DNA of 64,000 bases from Isurus oxyrinchus (GCA_026770705.1 JANJGN010000926.1:1-64000); one strand, 5' to 3'; shown: positions 47,604-60,987, counted from the first letter of the stretch. Numbers and translations are program-made. The notes: a model not told the origin generated them from the letters alone.

Positions 47604-50600
47604 AAAGTTGCAGTTGTAGGTGTCGATCTCAGATGTAACATTGCAATGTGTGGATCTTGCTTGGCCTGTCTAGATTTGAGAATTAGGGATTTCACTGTGT
47701 GAATCATTCATTCAGCGAGGCTGTTAGATCTGGGGTAATGAGGAGAAGAAGTAGTATGATTGATATTCCAGATTATCTGTAATCATGTCCCTAGGCTCAC
47801 CAAATAAACTGAAAATAGTGCTTAGAGTGTGTGCACCAGTTGTGCTTGGTGTGTTGTGCTATTTTTGAATAATGGGATATCTGGTAAAGCTGTCGACGAT
47901 GATGATGAAGTCAGTGACATGGAAATGAAAGGATTCAGACCTGATTTTGGACTAAGAATGGGCAGGAATTTCCTGTGGAATCAGTGGTTCTTTGTGCTGA
48001 CTTGGCTCATCCTCTTGACAAGCCTCGTACTTCCCTACAACGACTTCAAGGTCATTCTTCATACCCGGCCAGGGAGTATATCTCTTGTGAGTCTCCTTGT
48101 CTGATCTGTGCCCATGTGTGAGGGATGAAGTTGTTGAAGAATATAGGATCACAAAGGCTCCGGTATGATGCCCTGCCTGCCATTAAAAATGGTTCCCTGG
48201 GAGATGCCTCACTTATCCCGATGAGGTCAAGCTGAATCAGGCCACCCTTCCAATGATATTTCCCCAGTTCCTGTAGAATTTTTCACTGTTCCCTTTTGTA
48301 GCTGCTGTCATTTCTGTTGTGCTAAATATACTGGATCAATTGACAGACTTGCATTCTCCTGCAGGTGTAATGTTGCAGCTCCCTTGAAACTGCCAATATT
48401 GTTGAAACTTTCTGCATATTTCAATGTTATGTCAATGAACTGAGGTGATGGGGTAGTTTCTGAGGTTGACCCATGTGAGGTCTGACAGATTCCATGGATT
48501 GTCACTAGTGTGAGGTCACCGCATGCCGGTAGACTTGCAATTGCTCAGCCTTTATTCTGCACGATGTAGAACATCTGTGACACCCAGGAAGATTGATTGT
48601 ACTTGCACTCTAGGACTATGGATTCTGCACATGGAGTTGGTGAAGTGTTGTACACAGCAGTAGGTTTCCCCATGGACTTCCATGTCCTTGGATATATGTC
48701 TTTGAAAATTTGCTGGGGTGGGCTGGGGGAGGGGAATGTTGGCACTTGTCCCTGTATCAATCTTGGCCAATAAAGGGGAGGTAGAAACTTTCTCAGGGCA
48801 GATAATTGGAATCTTGGCCAATAGTGCGGGTGAAGTGACGGCATCTGTTCTCCATGAGATTGATGGTGTAATAGGTGTGAAATTGTTCAACAGTTGCACA
48901 ATACGTTGAGCACAAGTGTTGCAAAAACTCTAAGCCGGGGTTTTCCGGCCCAGTCATGGTGGGACCTGCCGTGGGAGATTGGGACAAATATAAATCCATT
49001 GGCTTTCGGCCGGACCGGACAATCCTGGCAGTGGGTGGGGCCAGAAAATCTAACACCTATGGGACATTTTCAGTTTCTTTGATGTGCCCAGAGATATCAT
49101 GAAGGACAACAATCCACAATTTATTGGCAAGCCACGTCAGGATATGTGTGAGAGGTGGAATATCGATCACCGCACCTCGTCTCGTCATGCACATCATCGC
49201 CATTTCCTGGCTTGTCAGTCACCACATGTATATGTTCCTGATGGGATAGCGGATGGTCATTCTTATTGCTTGAAGGTTCCCCGTTGTGTAGGGTCTGTTT
49301 GGATCAGCGCACGGCTCTTTGTAGCTGCATCAGCCTTTGCTCTAGTGCCCTGCCGCTGTCAATGGCCCTTTCTGCTACAAGCCTTGCAGGATTGGTGGAA
49401 AGCTGGGGATTTCCTTGGTGCCTGCCACACGTCTCACTAGGTTTGGATGTGCTAGTGAGTGTGTCAACAATTGATGTTGTACTGAGGACCTGTAAGCTTC
49501 GTTGACCTGCGAGGATTACTTCGTATTTATGTCCATCCTTGAGTAGCTCTTCAATGCTATAGGTTTTGGTCTTATCTAGCAGATCTTTCTGGAAGGCTTC
49601 CATGGGAGTGGATGCGATCGCCAACTCAACAACTCTGTCTGCAGGCTCTGTGTTTGAAATCACAGTGCGTACCCTTTTCTCTACATCGGCTGATGAAGTG
49701 GTCTATGGATTGTGTCGGCTGATGAAATGACATAAACTCTAGTTGATGAATTTGGAGTTTCACCTGATTCTGAAACTGTCTTCCAATACCGTCCGTGTCT
49801 ATTGGGGATCCTTTCGCTCTTCTGCTGTTAATCCTGATGTCTTCAGCCTGTGTAGACCTTCATTCCCAATCGCGAGGTGAATTTTTATGGGTGGTTCGTC
49901 TGGTTCAGTCACACCAGAATCAGGAAACCAGAGTTCTGTACGCTGTTTAAACATTCTGAATTCAGATAGTCAGCTACATCCCAGTTCAAACTGGGGAATT
50001 TTGTGGACATTCTGACAATATTCCTTTGACCTTCCTTCTCCTACAGGACCTGGGATGAGTGTCGCTTTAGCCCCTTTCACGTGCTTTTCCGAAGCTCCGC
50101 CCACGAAGATGGGTTGCGGCAGGAACACACCACGGAGTAATGGAGTCTTTGTTTTTTATTCAATTTGCTGTTCAGCAATCTCGAAGCCGCCCGTTATAAT
50201 CACTAACTTCTCTGGGCTGATTTTTATAATGGTTTTTGTGTGTTTGACTCTCCCTCGCTCACTATCGATCCAGCCCACACCCTGGTCACTCGCCTTCCCT
50301 GACTGAGCTAACCCGCTGCTGGTCCTGGCGATACACACTATCCCACTCACTGACCTACAGGCCGTGTGCTGTAATCCCACCACGAGGGATCCGTCTGCTC
50401 CCCAGCTCTTTACTTAAGCTCTTTCCCGTCACTGTGTCTTCAAAGGTTTCCTGAGAGTCAGTACACTGCGATTTCAACCCTCTCTGATGCTGTGTCTCTG
50501 TTGTGGTCTGACCAAAGCGTCGAGGGTCATCTCATGTCATGTAGCTCGATCTCAGGCTGTTCACCATGTCATACCTGTACTGAATCTTGCTGCCAGAATG

Positions 50601-50811
50601 TTTGGCCACCGCTGATCACCATGTTGTGTTTTTATAATGATATAAAGGCACCAGCCACTGATACGGAATTGGGTAAATACATTGTGGGTTCAGTTATTTA
50701 GAATGGGGACATGAGAACAGATGTACAAGGATAGAAAGCTGGGAGACACCTGCAGCCAAACTGTGTGAGCTGTGTTCTGCTCACAGGCCAAAGTGAAACT
50801 TGGACTGGATG

Positions 50812-52070
50812 GTGTTATCATCCCAGCTGATGTTACTACTGGGCAAGTCAGATCCCAGGGTGGAACTCAGCTTGATAGGTCCTAACTTTTATTTTTTATT
50901 TAGGAATGTGGAGTGCTGCTACTGAACAGAGTCACAGGAATCATCTGATGACCTTCTAACAAAAGAATAAAACATTTGTTAAACTAGGAAAGACAAACTA
51001 TATTACATTACTCCTTCACCCAGACCTATACATTTACAGATTCATAAGTAGAATACAAGTTACAATAACTATCTTATACTCTCATGTTCACACTAAGTAC
51101 ACAGTTCATGCAAACCAATAGACGACCTGGTGTCAGGGACACCACATTCTGTAACCAAGTGATAGACCCCAATTGGAACAAATGCTATGGGTTTCAGCTC
51201 AACTGACTCCAGACACTTGTTTCACCATGAGGCAACTGGTCTTACAAAACTGTATCTTTCACATGAGAGTTTCCAATCTCTACTCGTCAAGTGCTCTCTT
51301 TGGAATCTTCTCTAACATGACACTTTCACTCAGAGACCTTCCACAAGGGTCCACTTCCACGATTTCAAACTCTCCTTCCCATGTTCCTGCCCCCTGGATC
51401 ACCACATGCATTCAGCCTTCCTTCTACGCGTTGTCTTTCCAATGCTCAGTCATGCCAATGGAACACCATGGCTTCACATGGTCATAGTAAGAAGACATCA
51501 ACATTTGGCTGTCTCCTATGATCTTCTGGCTTCTAATAAGCCTTTTTTGCTTTAGGTCTGTGTCCTTTTGCTTTTTCTCTTTTAGCTTGGATCCCTCCTC
51601 TGCTCCTCAATCTTATCTCGACTTAACAGGACCTTTTTCAGATTCCTGATCTTCTTTGGAGTAGAAGGTCTTCTTGGCTCTTTCTCCTGTTCCACTCGAT
51701 AGTTTTGGCTTCTTCTTTACTTTGGGACTGACTATCTGTCCCGCTCCTTTGCTGCTTCTCCTGGCAACTCCTTTCAACCAAACTGAAAGCACATTTCTGT
51801 TTTTCTCTGTCTCTATGGGTCCGTCCCTCTGGATCACTGTTGCTTAGCAATAGCACAGTTTCTTACACATTGTGTTTGTTTTGACTTCCCTTCAAGAGAC
51901 ATCAAACCCCATTAGATTGCTAAACGAAAATGAAACCAAAACTGAAGTTTCCCCCTTTCTTAACACACAAATACAGAAATCAAACTAAACTTGAACATAA
52001 ACATATGCCTTATCCCTAACACACACAAATACACATAGAACTTACTTAAGCTATACCCAATTCCTAAAAT
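50812..52070. mobile_element. LTR-like element nested in the Gypsy LTR region (approximate)
   Basis: Begins TGTTATCA...; resembles the other LTR-like inserts in layout; boundaries inferred. Confidence 0.45.
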
Positions 52071-52131
52071 CACATGACACACTTCCCCTCGAGTGATGTC
52101 ATGCTGCTGTCCCTGAAAGGCATATTACAAC

Positions 52132-53058
52132 AGTGTTATCACTTGGCAGGTGATGTGTGCCAGGCAGACCAAGTCCCTGAGAGAAAGATGGTCACATGAT
52201 CATAATGATTTTGCAATTTGTATTTATTATGAGATGTGTGCACTGAATTCAGAAGCAATAATTACACAAAGACCTTTAGCGATTTGAAAATTAAATTAAA
52301 ATACTTGCTCTCAAAATAAATGATTTGAAGCACATACATAACTCTACAATTACCACTATAATAATTCTTAAAATTCTGAATTAAACTGACTCCCAGTTAC
52401 ACTCCCTTTAAGGCAACGGTCCAAAAATAGACTTTATATTTAAAACAAACCCAGCAAGTTAACACAATATAAAAGCAATACCCTGCACAGAGGAATTCCA
52501 AGTGGCTTTTCCCCAACTTCAGTTCTGTTGGATAGCAGGCTTGTGCACAAATGCTAGAGGTTTCATTAAGACTATATCACACACTCGTGTTAGATCTTAC
52601 ATGGCATTCTGACACATAGCCTTTCATTCTCCCTGATAGATATATATTTCTCTCTTTGTAACATGAAAATTCTATTGTTCCATATGTTTTTGAAACTGTA
52701 TCTTCCACATAACAAACTCTTTCGTGGTGCCCATATTGCCAGGAGCCTTTGAGAAAAATAAACACATTCCTTAGTCTTGCTTATCTGGCTAGTTGTAAAC
52801 AAGCTAAGATTCCTTTGAAATCCAACAACCCCTTCATTGATAGAAAAATGCAAATTCTCTTCATACCTTCCATGCTAAGCAGCATCCATGTTTCCTCAAT
52901 AGCATGTCAAGCACCTAGCTCCTTTTGATCATTTTAAACTTCCAATCTAATTAACTCCAAATGTACTTAAATCACATGCAGACCCATCACGCGTACCCCC
53001 ATAAACCTACTTCACAATATACTATAAAATATTATGAAAATTATTATACTTACATCAC
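52132..53058. mobile_element. Solo-LTR-like element
   Basis: TGTTATCAC...CATCACA termini; reverse-complement relative of 19165-20058. Confidence 0.6.
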
Positions 53059-53462
53059 AATAGGAACCACTGCCTTAGACACTGAGGATCTAGGACAGCT
53101 AGGCCAATTCATGATTCATGATGGTGATAATGGGGGAATTCTGAAGGCTCCTAATCCATTGTCCTACGTTGTAAATCAGCAGTGAACTCACTTCAATTAG
53201 TGTGTCTTGTAGACACTGTGTTGGGTGGCAGACTGACTTCACTAAATAGGTACCTGAGGGTCATGAGCCAATTTAGAATGAATTGGTCCACTCCTGTGTC
53301 CGGAATTCTCTTCAATCTGTTGTGAAACCTTGGGGCATTCATTGTGTGACCTGTGGATTATCCAGACTGCAGCCTGTGTGCCCCAGTGATGGAGGGGGTG
53401 GATATTGAGTCTAGTGGATTGAGAAAACATTCAGAGTTAAATATTGATATTTCTCTCCCTAG

Positions 53463-53837
53463 TTGGACTATCACAAGTGTGGAAAGGTGACACTCCAGGA
53501 GAGGTGACAGCGCAGGAAGGTTCGTGTGTACAGATTCCATGTAATTACAGTTATCCATCATATTTAGTAGCGAGATCACCAGTCGGAATCTGGTATATGA
53601 GAAGGAATTGGGAAAAATGGAATGAACGGTCTATAGCCTTTCACTCCAAGGATCATAATCGCGAGTTACCACAGTTCCACCATCGGACCCGGCTGTCTGG
53701 AGACCTGAAAGATGGCGACTGTTCCCTGATTATAAACAACATCAGACGGGAAGATGCAGGATATTATTTATTCAGCCTAGAATTTGACAACAGGAATAGA
53801 TACAACGACCGTCCTGAAACCCAGCTTCACGTTTCTG
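53463..53837 (+). CDS. Gene E V-set exon 1, intact frame, essential Arg replaced by Ser
   Basis: ccctag/GTAAGT, 375 nt; CVQIPC and GDCSLII kept; DAGYYLFSLE (AGC 53774-53776) versus DAGPYFFRIE. Confidence 0.92.
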
Positions 53838-54099
53838 GTAAGTGCTGTGTTATAATTACTCAACAATTCACATCCAACACTCAATGGGAAATAATAGTGT
53901 TTGATCTGCTTGTTTTTTGGCCGTGTTAACCAGCGCCACTATTTTTAATGATTTGTCTATTTCTGCTCCCAGATCCATAAGCTTATTGTGTGTGATTGTA
54001 TCCACATCATAGCTGTAACATAAACCGAGCTGAGGGGTGATGACACCTGCCCCCTGAGTGAAGTATCTCCTCCCCACTACACCTTCCACCCCTCACACT

Positions 54100-55835
54100 G
54101 TCCGTGTAAACCCCCGTCCCATCTCCAGCCTCTCTTTCCCCTCCAAAGTCCTGCAACCTGTTTCCATCTCCCGAATCTGTTCCCATCTTTCCCGGAACTC
54201 CATGTTTGAATCCCTCCAATCAGGTTCCCACCCCAGCCACTGTGCTGAAACAGCTCTTATCAAGGTCACAAATGGCATCCTGTGTGACTGTGACAAAGGT
54301 CAACTTTCCCTCCTCGTCCTTCTCGATCTGTCTGCAGCCTTTGACACGCTCGACCACACCATCCTCCTCCAACACCTCTCCACTGTCGTCCAGCTGGGTG
54401 GGACTGCTCTCCCCTGGCTCCATTCTTATCCATCTCATCGTAGCCAGAGAATCACTTGCAATGGCTTTGCAGCATCATCTGAACAGTGTTAGTTTTCACC
54501 TGTCCACTGAGGATGCCCAGCTCTACCTCACCACCACCTCTCTCGACTCCTCCACTGCTGCTAAATTATCAGGCTGCTTATCCGACATCCAGTACTGGAT
54601 GGGCAGAAATTCCCTCCAATTAAATATTGGAAAGACTGAAGCCATTGTCTTCATTCCCCGCTCCAAACTCTGTTCCCTCGCTACCAACTCCATTCCTCTC
54701 CTTGGCAGCTCTCTGAGATTGAAGCCAATCTGTTCACAGCTTTGTTGTCCCATTTGATCCTGAGATGAGCTTCCGGCCTCCTATCTGCGCCCTCACTAAC
54801 ACCGTCTATTTCCACCTCCGTAACATCGCACGACGTCACCCTGTCTCAGCTCATCTGCTGCTGAAACCCTCATCCACGCCTTCATTACCTCCAGTCTCGA
54901 CTGTTCCAACACACGCTCTACACTCCATAAACTTGAGGCCATCCAAAACTGCTGACCACGTCCTTACTCACACCAAGTCCCGTTCCCTTATCACCCGCTC
55001 TGCTCGATGACCGAGACTGGCTCCTGGTCAAGCAAAGTCTCAATGTCCAAATTTTCATCTTTGTTTCCTCACTATCTCTGTAATCTCCTTGTCCTCCTCC
55101 AGTACCTACAACCATCCCATTCTCTGTAACCTCTTCAAGCCTCTACCGCTTCCCTATATCTGTAAATTCATCCTGCCCAACAAACCTACCAATCTCTGCA
55201 ACCTCCTCCAGCCACTACAAACCTCCCTATTTCTGTAACTTCCTCCTGCCCCTAAAAGCTTCCCTATCTCTGTAGCCTGCTCCAGTCCCGACAACTTTCC
55301 CTGCCCCTGTAACCTGCCCCAGTCACTACAACCCTCCCTACCTCTGCAAACTCCTCCAGACCCTACACTCTCCCAATCTCTCTTAACTTTTCCAGCCCCT
55401 ACAAACCTCCCTATCGCTATAACTCCTCCAATCACTACAAACCTCGCTATCTCTGTAACCTCCTCCAGCCCCTACAACCCTCCCTATCTCTGTAACCTCC
55501 TCCAGACCCACCAACCTTCAGAGGTCTCTGCGCTCCTCCAATTCCAGCCTCTTGACCATCCCCCGATCTCAACACTCTAACATCGGTGGCCATGCCTTCA
55601 GCTGCCTGGGGACCGAGCTCCGTAATACCCTCCCTTAAGCCCTCTCCATCCCTCACACTCACTCTCTCTCTCTCACTAACCATTTCATCCCTCTTTTAAG
55701 TTTCTCCATAACACCGATCCCTTCTGGTCAGCTGTCGCTAATATCTCCACATGTGTCTGGGTGACATACTTTGTTTTATGACGCTCCTGTGTAGCACCTT
55801 GGGGTGATTTGTCATGTTAAAGTTGTTGTGAAAAT
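54100..55835 (+). mobile_element. L2-type LINE RT remnant with tandemly amplified 3' region (about 55070-55520)
   Basis: RPIS.L.F.SKVL, ETALIKVTN.IL, LVLLDLSAAFDTLDH.ILL, EDAQLY, LQLNIGKTEAI. Confidence 0.9.
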
Positions 55836-56389
55836 ATAAGTTGTTGCCCTTTGACCCTCGACCCCAGATTGAGTCTTATTTTTGAGGGAATGTACAACCT
55901 GCTTAGATTTCTGACCAAAGTGTCATTTGATTATTTTTATTGAGCGAATGCCAAGCCCCGATACCGAGCGAGAGCCTCCTCATTTGCTGAGTTTAAGGTG
56001 ATGAGTCAGCCCCTTAGTCCGTAGAGGGGATTCTCCTCGGTAATGTACAGCCTTGTTTGTGTCTCTCCACAAGCGCATGAGGGATTTGTACAGAGGCTGC
56101 AGCGCTGGAGGGGGTCTGCACAGGGGTCCTGGCCTGTCCTGAGCTGGTTTTAGCAAGGACCACTCTGGCCTTGGCAGCTGAAAGCCAGCCATTGGACAGA
56201 CAGGGCCTGTCACAAGGAGCCTGTTAGTCACTCCCCCCCGTGTCTCCTGTGCTCGGATCCAGACCATGTTGGCTGGTGGATCTGGCTCAGGAAGGGTCCT
56301 CCCCATGGGACCCCCAGATGGAAGGTGGGTCGAGCGGGTCAGTCACTTGCATGTTTATTCTGCAGCTTTAATATTTTAAGAAGGTAAGA

Positions 56390-57183
56390 ATGTAGGAACA
56401 TAAGAAATAGGGACAGGAGCAGGCCATTCGGCCCCTCGAGCCTGCCCTCGCTGATCTGGTTGTGGCCTTAACTCCATTTTCCTGCCTGTCCCCCAAACCC
56501 TTGACTCCCTTGTCGATCAAAAACCTGCCTCACTCAGCCTTGAGTCTATTCAATGGCCCAGCCTCCACTGCTCTCTGGGGAAGGGAATTCCACAGGCTAG
56601 CGCCCCTCTGAGAGAGGAAATTCCTCCTCATCTCAGTCTTAAATGGGAGAGTCCTCATTCCGAAACTGTGCTCCCTGGTTCTAGATTCCCCCACGAGGGG
56701 GAAACATCCTCCCAGCATCCACCCTGTCAAGCCCCCTCGGAATTGGATATGTTTCAATAAGGTCACCCCTCATTCTTCTAAACTCCAATGGATACAGGCC
56801 CAACCTGCTCAACATTTCCTCACAGGACAAACCCTTTAATCCCAGGAATCAGCCCAGTGAAGCTTCTCTGAACTGCCTGTACACAATGATCCTGTTACAA
56901 TCTCACTAACGCCCTGTGCAGCTGTTGCAAGACTTCCCTCCTTTTATACTCCATCCCTTTGCAATAAAGGCCAACATTCCACTTGCCTTCCTCATTCTGT
57001 GGTGTTCCTGAATGCTGACTTTCTGTGATTCATGTACAAGGACACCCAGATCCCTCTGTACTGCATTCTGCAGCCTGTCTCCAGTTAAATAATATTCTGA
57101 TTTTCTATTCTTCCTGCCAAAATAATTTGTTGCCATTCTCCTCAGTATTGACCATCCCCCCAATTCAGCCTCATCTGTAAATT
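56390..57183 (-). mobile_element. CR1-type LINE 3' fragment
   Basis: Minus strand QRDLGVLVHESQK, KASGMLAFIAKG, FKTEMRRNF.SQR...LWNSLPQ. Confidence 0.88.
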
Positions 57184-57241
57184 TTGAGTCTAGTGGATCC
57201 ACAAGCCATCCAGAGATAAATATTGAGATTTCTCTCCCCAG

Positions 57242-57610
57242 TTGGACTGTCACAAGAGTGGAAAGGTGACACTCCACGAGAGGTGACAGCTCAGGAAGGT
57301 TCGTGTGTACAGATTCCATGTCATTACAGTTATCCATCGTGTCTGGAAAACCAACCGCGAGGTGGACTCTGGTTTAATAATGAGAAACAGATTCCCTGGG
57401 CTCCCATTGCCTTTCACTCCAAGGATCACAGTCACGAGTTACCACGGTTCCGCCATCGGACCCGGCTGTCTGGAGACCTGAAAGATGGCGACTGTTCCCT
57501 GATTATAAACAACATCAGACGGGAAGATGCAGGACCTTATTTTTTCAGAATAGAATTTGACAATGGTCCGAGACATAACTATTACCCTGTAACCCGGCTT
57601 CACGTTTCTG
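57242..57610 (+). CDS. Gene E V-set exon 2, intact, essential Arg present
   Basis: ccccag/GTAAGT, 369 nt; EWKG, CVQIPC, GDCSLII, YFFRIE. Confidence 0.93.
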
Positions 57611-58689
57611 GTAAGTGCTGTGTTATAATTACTCAACAATTCACATCCAACACTCAATGGGAAATAACACAATCTGTGACGTTTACATATTAACACAAAA
57701 CACAGGTTATTATAACACACTGTCTGATTCTCAATAACCTGGTGATAGCTTCCAGTTCAGTTCTAAAGCAACCTCTAATACTCACTTTAATATCAATGAT
57801 TAAATGTATTGACTGTGTCTATCAATGTTATCAGTTTATCCACTCCCATCAATCTCTCAAATCCTGTCTTGAAGTCTGACATATCGACAGAAGAAAGATT
57901 TACATTTCTACAGCGCCTTTCACCACCCTAGAGTTCCTACCCTAAATCTCTCCCTCTCCCTCTTCCTCTCCCTCTCTCTCTCTCTCTGTCTCTTTATCTC
58001 TGTCTCTCCATAACACCGACCTCTTCTGGTCAGCTGTCGCTAATATCTACACGTGTCTGGGTGACATACTTTATTTTATGACGCTCCTGTGTAGCACCTT
58101 GAGGTGATTTGTCATGTTAAAGTTGTTGTGAAAATATAAGTTGTTGCCCTTTGACTCTCGACCCCAGATCGAGTCTTATTTTTGAGGGAATGTACAACCT
58201 CCTTAGATTTCTGACCAAAATGTCATTTGATTATTTTTATTGAGCGAATGCCAAGCCCCGATACCGAGCGAGAGCCTCCTCATTTGCCGAGTTTAGGGTG
58301 ATGAGTCAGCACCTTAGTCTGTAGAGGGGATTCTCCTCGGTAATGAGCAGCCTTGTTTGTGTCTCTCCACAAGCGCATGAGGGGTTTGTACAGAGGCTGC
58401 AGCGCTGGAGGGGGTCTGCACAGGGGTCCTGGCCTGTCCTGAGCCGGTTTTAGCAAGGACCACTCTGGCCTTGGCAGCTGAAAGCCAGCCATTGGACAGA
58501 CGGGGCCTGTCACAAGGAGCCTGTTAGTCACTCCCCCCAGTGTCTCCTGTGCTCAGATCTAGACCATGTTGGCTGGTGGATCTGGCTCAGGAAGGGTCCT
58601 CCCCATGGGACCCCCAGATGGAAGGTGGGTCGAGCGGGTCAGTCACTTGCATGTTTATTCTGCAGCTTTAATATTTTAAGATGGTAAGA

Positions 58690-59482
58690 ATGTAGGAACA
58701 TAAGAAACGGGGACAGGAGCAGGCCATTCGGCCCCTCGAGCATGCTCTCACTGATCTGGTTGTTGCCTTAACTCCATTTTCCTGCCTGTCCCCCAAACCC
58801 TTGACTCCCTTGTCGATCAAAAACCTGCCTCACTCAGCCTTAAGTCTATTCAATGGCCCAGCCTCCACTGCTCTCTGGGGAAGAGAATTCCACAGGCTAG
58901 CGCCCCTCTGAGAGAGGAAATTCCTCCTCATCTCAGTCTTAAATGGGAGAGCACTCATTCCAAAACTGTGCTCCCTGGTTCTAGATTCCCCCACGAGGGG
59001 GAAACATCCTCCCAGCATCCACCCTGTCAAGCCCCCTCGGAATCGGATATGTTTCAGTAAGGTCAGCCCTCATTCTTCTAAACTCCAATGGATACAGGCC
59101 CAACCTGCTCAACATTTCCTCACAGGACAAACCCTTTAATCCCAGGAATCAGCCCAGTGTAGCTTCTCTGAACTGCCTGCACACAATGATCCTGTTAAAA
59201 TCTCACTAACGCCCTGTGCAGCTGTTGCAAGACTTCCCTCCTTTTATACTCCATCCCTTTGCAATAAAGGCCAACATTCCACTTGCCTTCCTCATTCCAT
59301 GGTTTTCCTGAATGCTGACTTTCTGTGATTCATGTACAAGGACACCCAGATCCCTCTGTACTGCATTCTGCAGCCTGTCTCCAGTTAAATAATATTCTGA
59401 TTTTCTATTCTTCCTGCCAAAATAATTTGTTGCCATTCTCCTCAGTATTGACCATCCCCCAATTCAGCCTCATCTGTAAATT
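58690..59482 (-). mobile_element. CR1-type LINE 3' fragment (duplicate)
   Basis: Copy of 56390-57183. Confidence 0.88.
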
Positions 59483-59540
59483 TTGAGTCTAGTGGATCCA
59501 CAAGCCATCCAGAGATAAATATTGAGATTTCTCTCCCCAG

Positions 59541-59909
59541 TTGGACTGTCACAAGAGTGGAAAGGTGACACTCCACGAGAGGTGACAGCTCAGGAAGGTT
59601 CCTGTGTACAGATTCCATGTCATTACAGTTATCCATCGTGTCTGGAAAACCAACCGCGAGGTGGAGTCTGGTTTAATAATGAGAAACAGATTCCCTGGGC
59701 TCCCATTGCCTTTCACTCCAAGGATCACAGTCACGAGTTACCACGGTTCCACCATCGGACCTGGCTGTCTGGAGACCTGAAAGATGGCGACTGTTCCCTG
59801 ATTATAAACAACATCAGACGGGAAGATGCAGGACCTTATTTTTTCAGAATAGAATTTGACAATGGTCCGAGACATAACTATTACCCTGTAACCCGGCTTC
59901 ACGTTTCTG
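59541..59909 (+). CDS. Gene E V-set exon 3, intact, essential Arg present
   Basis: Differs from V exon 2 by three residues (L/V, R/H, R/W). Confidence 0.93.
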
Positions 59910-60376
59910 GTAAGTGCTGTGTTATAATTACTCAACAATTCACATCCAACACTCAATGGGAAATAACACAAACTGTGATGTTTACATATTAACACAAAAC
60001 ACAGGTTATTATAACACACTGTCTGATTCTCAATAACCTGATGATAGCTTCCAGTTCAGTCCTAAAGCAACCTCTAATACTTACTTTAATATCAATGATT
60101 AAATGTGTTGACTGTGTCTATCAATGTTATCAGTTTATCCACTCCCATCAATCTCTCAAATCCTGTCTTGAAGTCTGACATATCGACAGAAGTAAGATTT
60201 ACATTTCTACAGCGCCTTTCACCACCCTAGAGTTCCCACCCTAAACCTCTCCCTCTCCCTCTTCCTCTCCCTATCTCTCTCTCTCTCGCTGTGTCTCTCT
60301 GTCTCTTTCTCTCTGTCTTTCCATAACACCGACCTCTTCTGGCCAGCTGTCACTAATATCTCCACATGTGTCACAG

Positions 60377-60664
60377 ATAAACCCACGATATTCCCTGCTG
60401 AAATTATTGCAGGAAAGCGTGTGGATGTAAGCTGCACCTTCAACACAACGTGCAATGGAACAGCAGCATCTGTCTTAACCTGGGACACTCCCACTGACGT
60501 ACCTGGATCAGTCTCAAACACTGTAACTCAGCATGGTGTCACTCTGACCTATACTTCTGTTCTGACCCTGACCCCATCACTCAAACACCACGGACACACT
60601 CTCAGCTGCAGAGTGAGATATCCATCTGTTTCATCGGAGCGGACCCTCATACTAACTGTGCAAG
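60377..60664 (+). CDS. Gene E C2-a exon; native acceptor deleted, in-frame cryptic CAG acceptor at 60374-60376
   Basis: DKPTIFPAE...TLILTVQ open, donor GTAAGA intact. Confidence 0.78.
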
Positions 60665-60987
60665 GTAAGAACGGACACCCTTCATTCTACATCAGCACTC
60701 CCTCAGCGCTGACCCTCTGACAGTGCAGCCCGTTCTCAGTGTCCACATTCTCATGCCTCTCAAAGTGCTTCACAGTCGATAGAAGTTAACTGATCTTTAT
60801 TTGATTGTTGCTGAATGAAGAGACAAGCTGTCTAAACTTTACATCTCACACACATTATTTTCCATGGCAACACCTCCTCCAATCAGAGACCACTTGCTGA
60901 TTAACCAGCACTCTCTTCCCTTTAAATATAAATTGTTGTTCACTTTCTGTTGGTAAACCTGCAATCTGCCTTGTTGAGTCCGGTCCT

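Larger units (their letters stand above)
46745..52131 (-). mobile_element. Decayed Ty3/Gypsy-like LTR retrotransposon in gene E leader-V intron, with nested inserts
   Basis: Minus-strand remnants in order: gag-like (49300-50010), protease AKIDTG (about 48760), RT start (about 48400), integrase WPGM.ND.E..V...EACQ and HYPRSN.LAE (47700-48100); LTR end CA followed by TGG primer-binding site at 50621. Confidence 0.8.
55680..60370 (+). repeat. Recent tandem duplication, period about 2.3 kb, each unit carrying a V exon; third partial unit fused to C2-a
   Basis: V exons start 57242 and 59541 (2299 apart) with near-identical flanks; CTCCATAACACCGA-type junction at about 55704, 58005, 60319. Confidence 0.93.

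Noticed and set aside
53463-59909. Rearranging antigen-receptor (Ig/TCR/IgNAR) V segments
   Set aside because: V exons include the G strand, end in GT splice donors rather than recombination signals, and lack the canonical F-strand YYC cysteine
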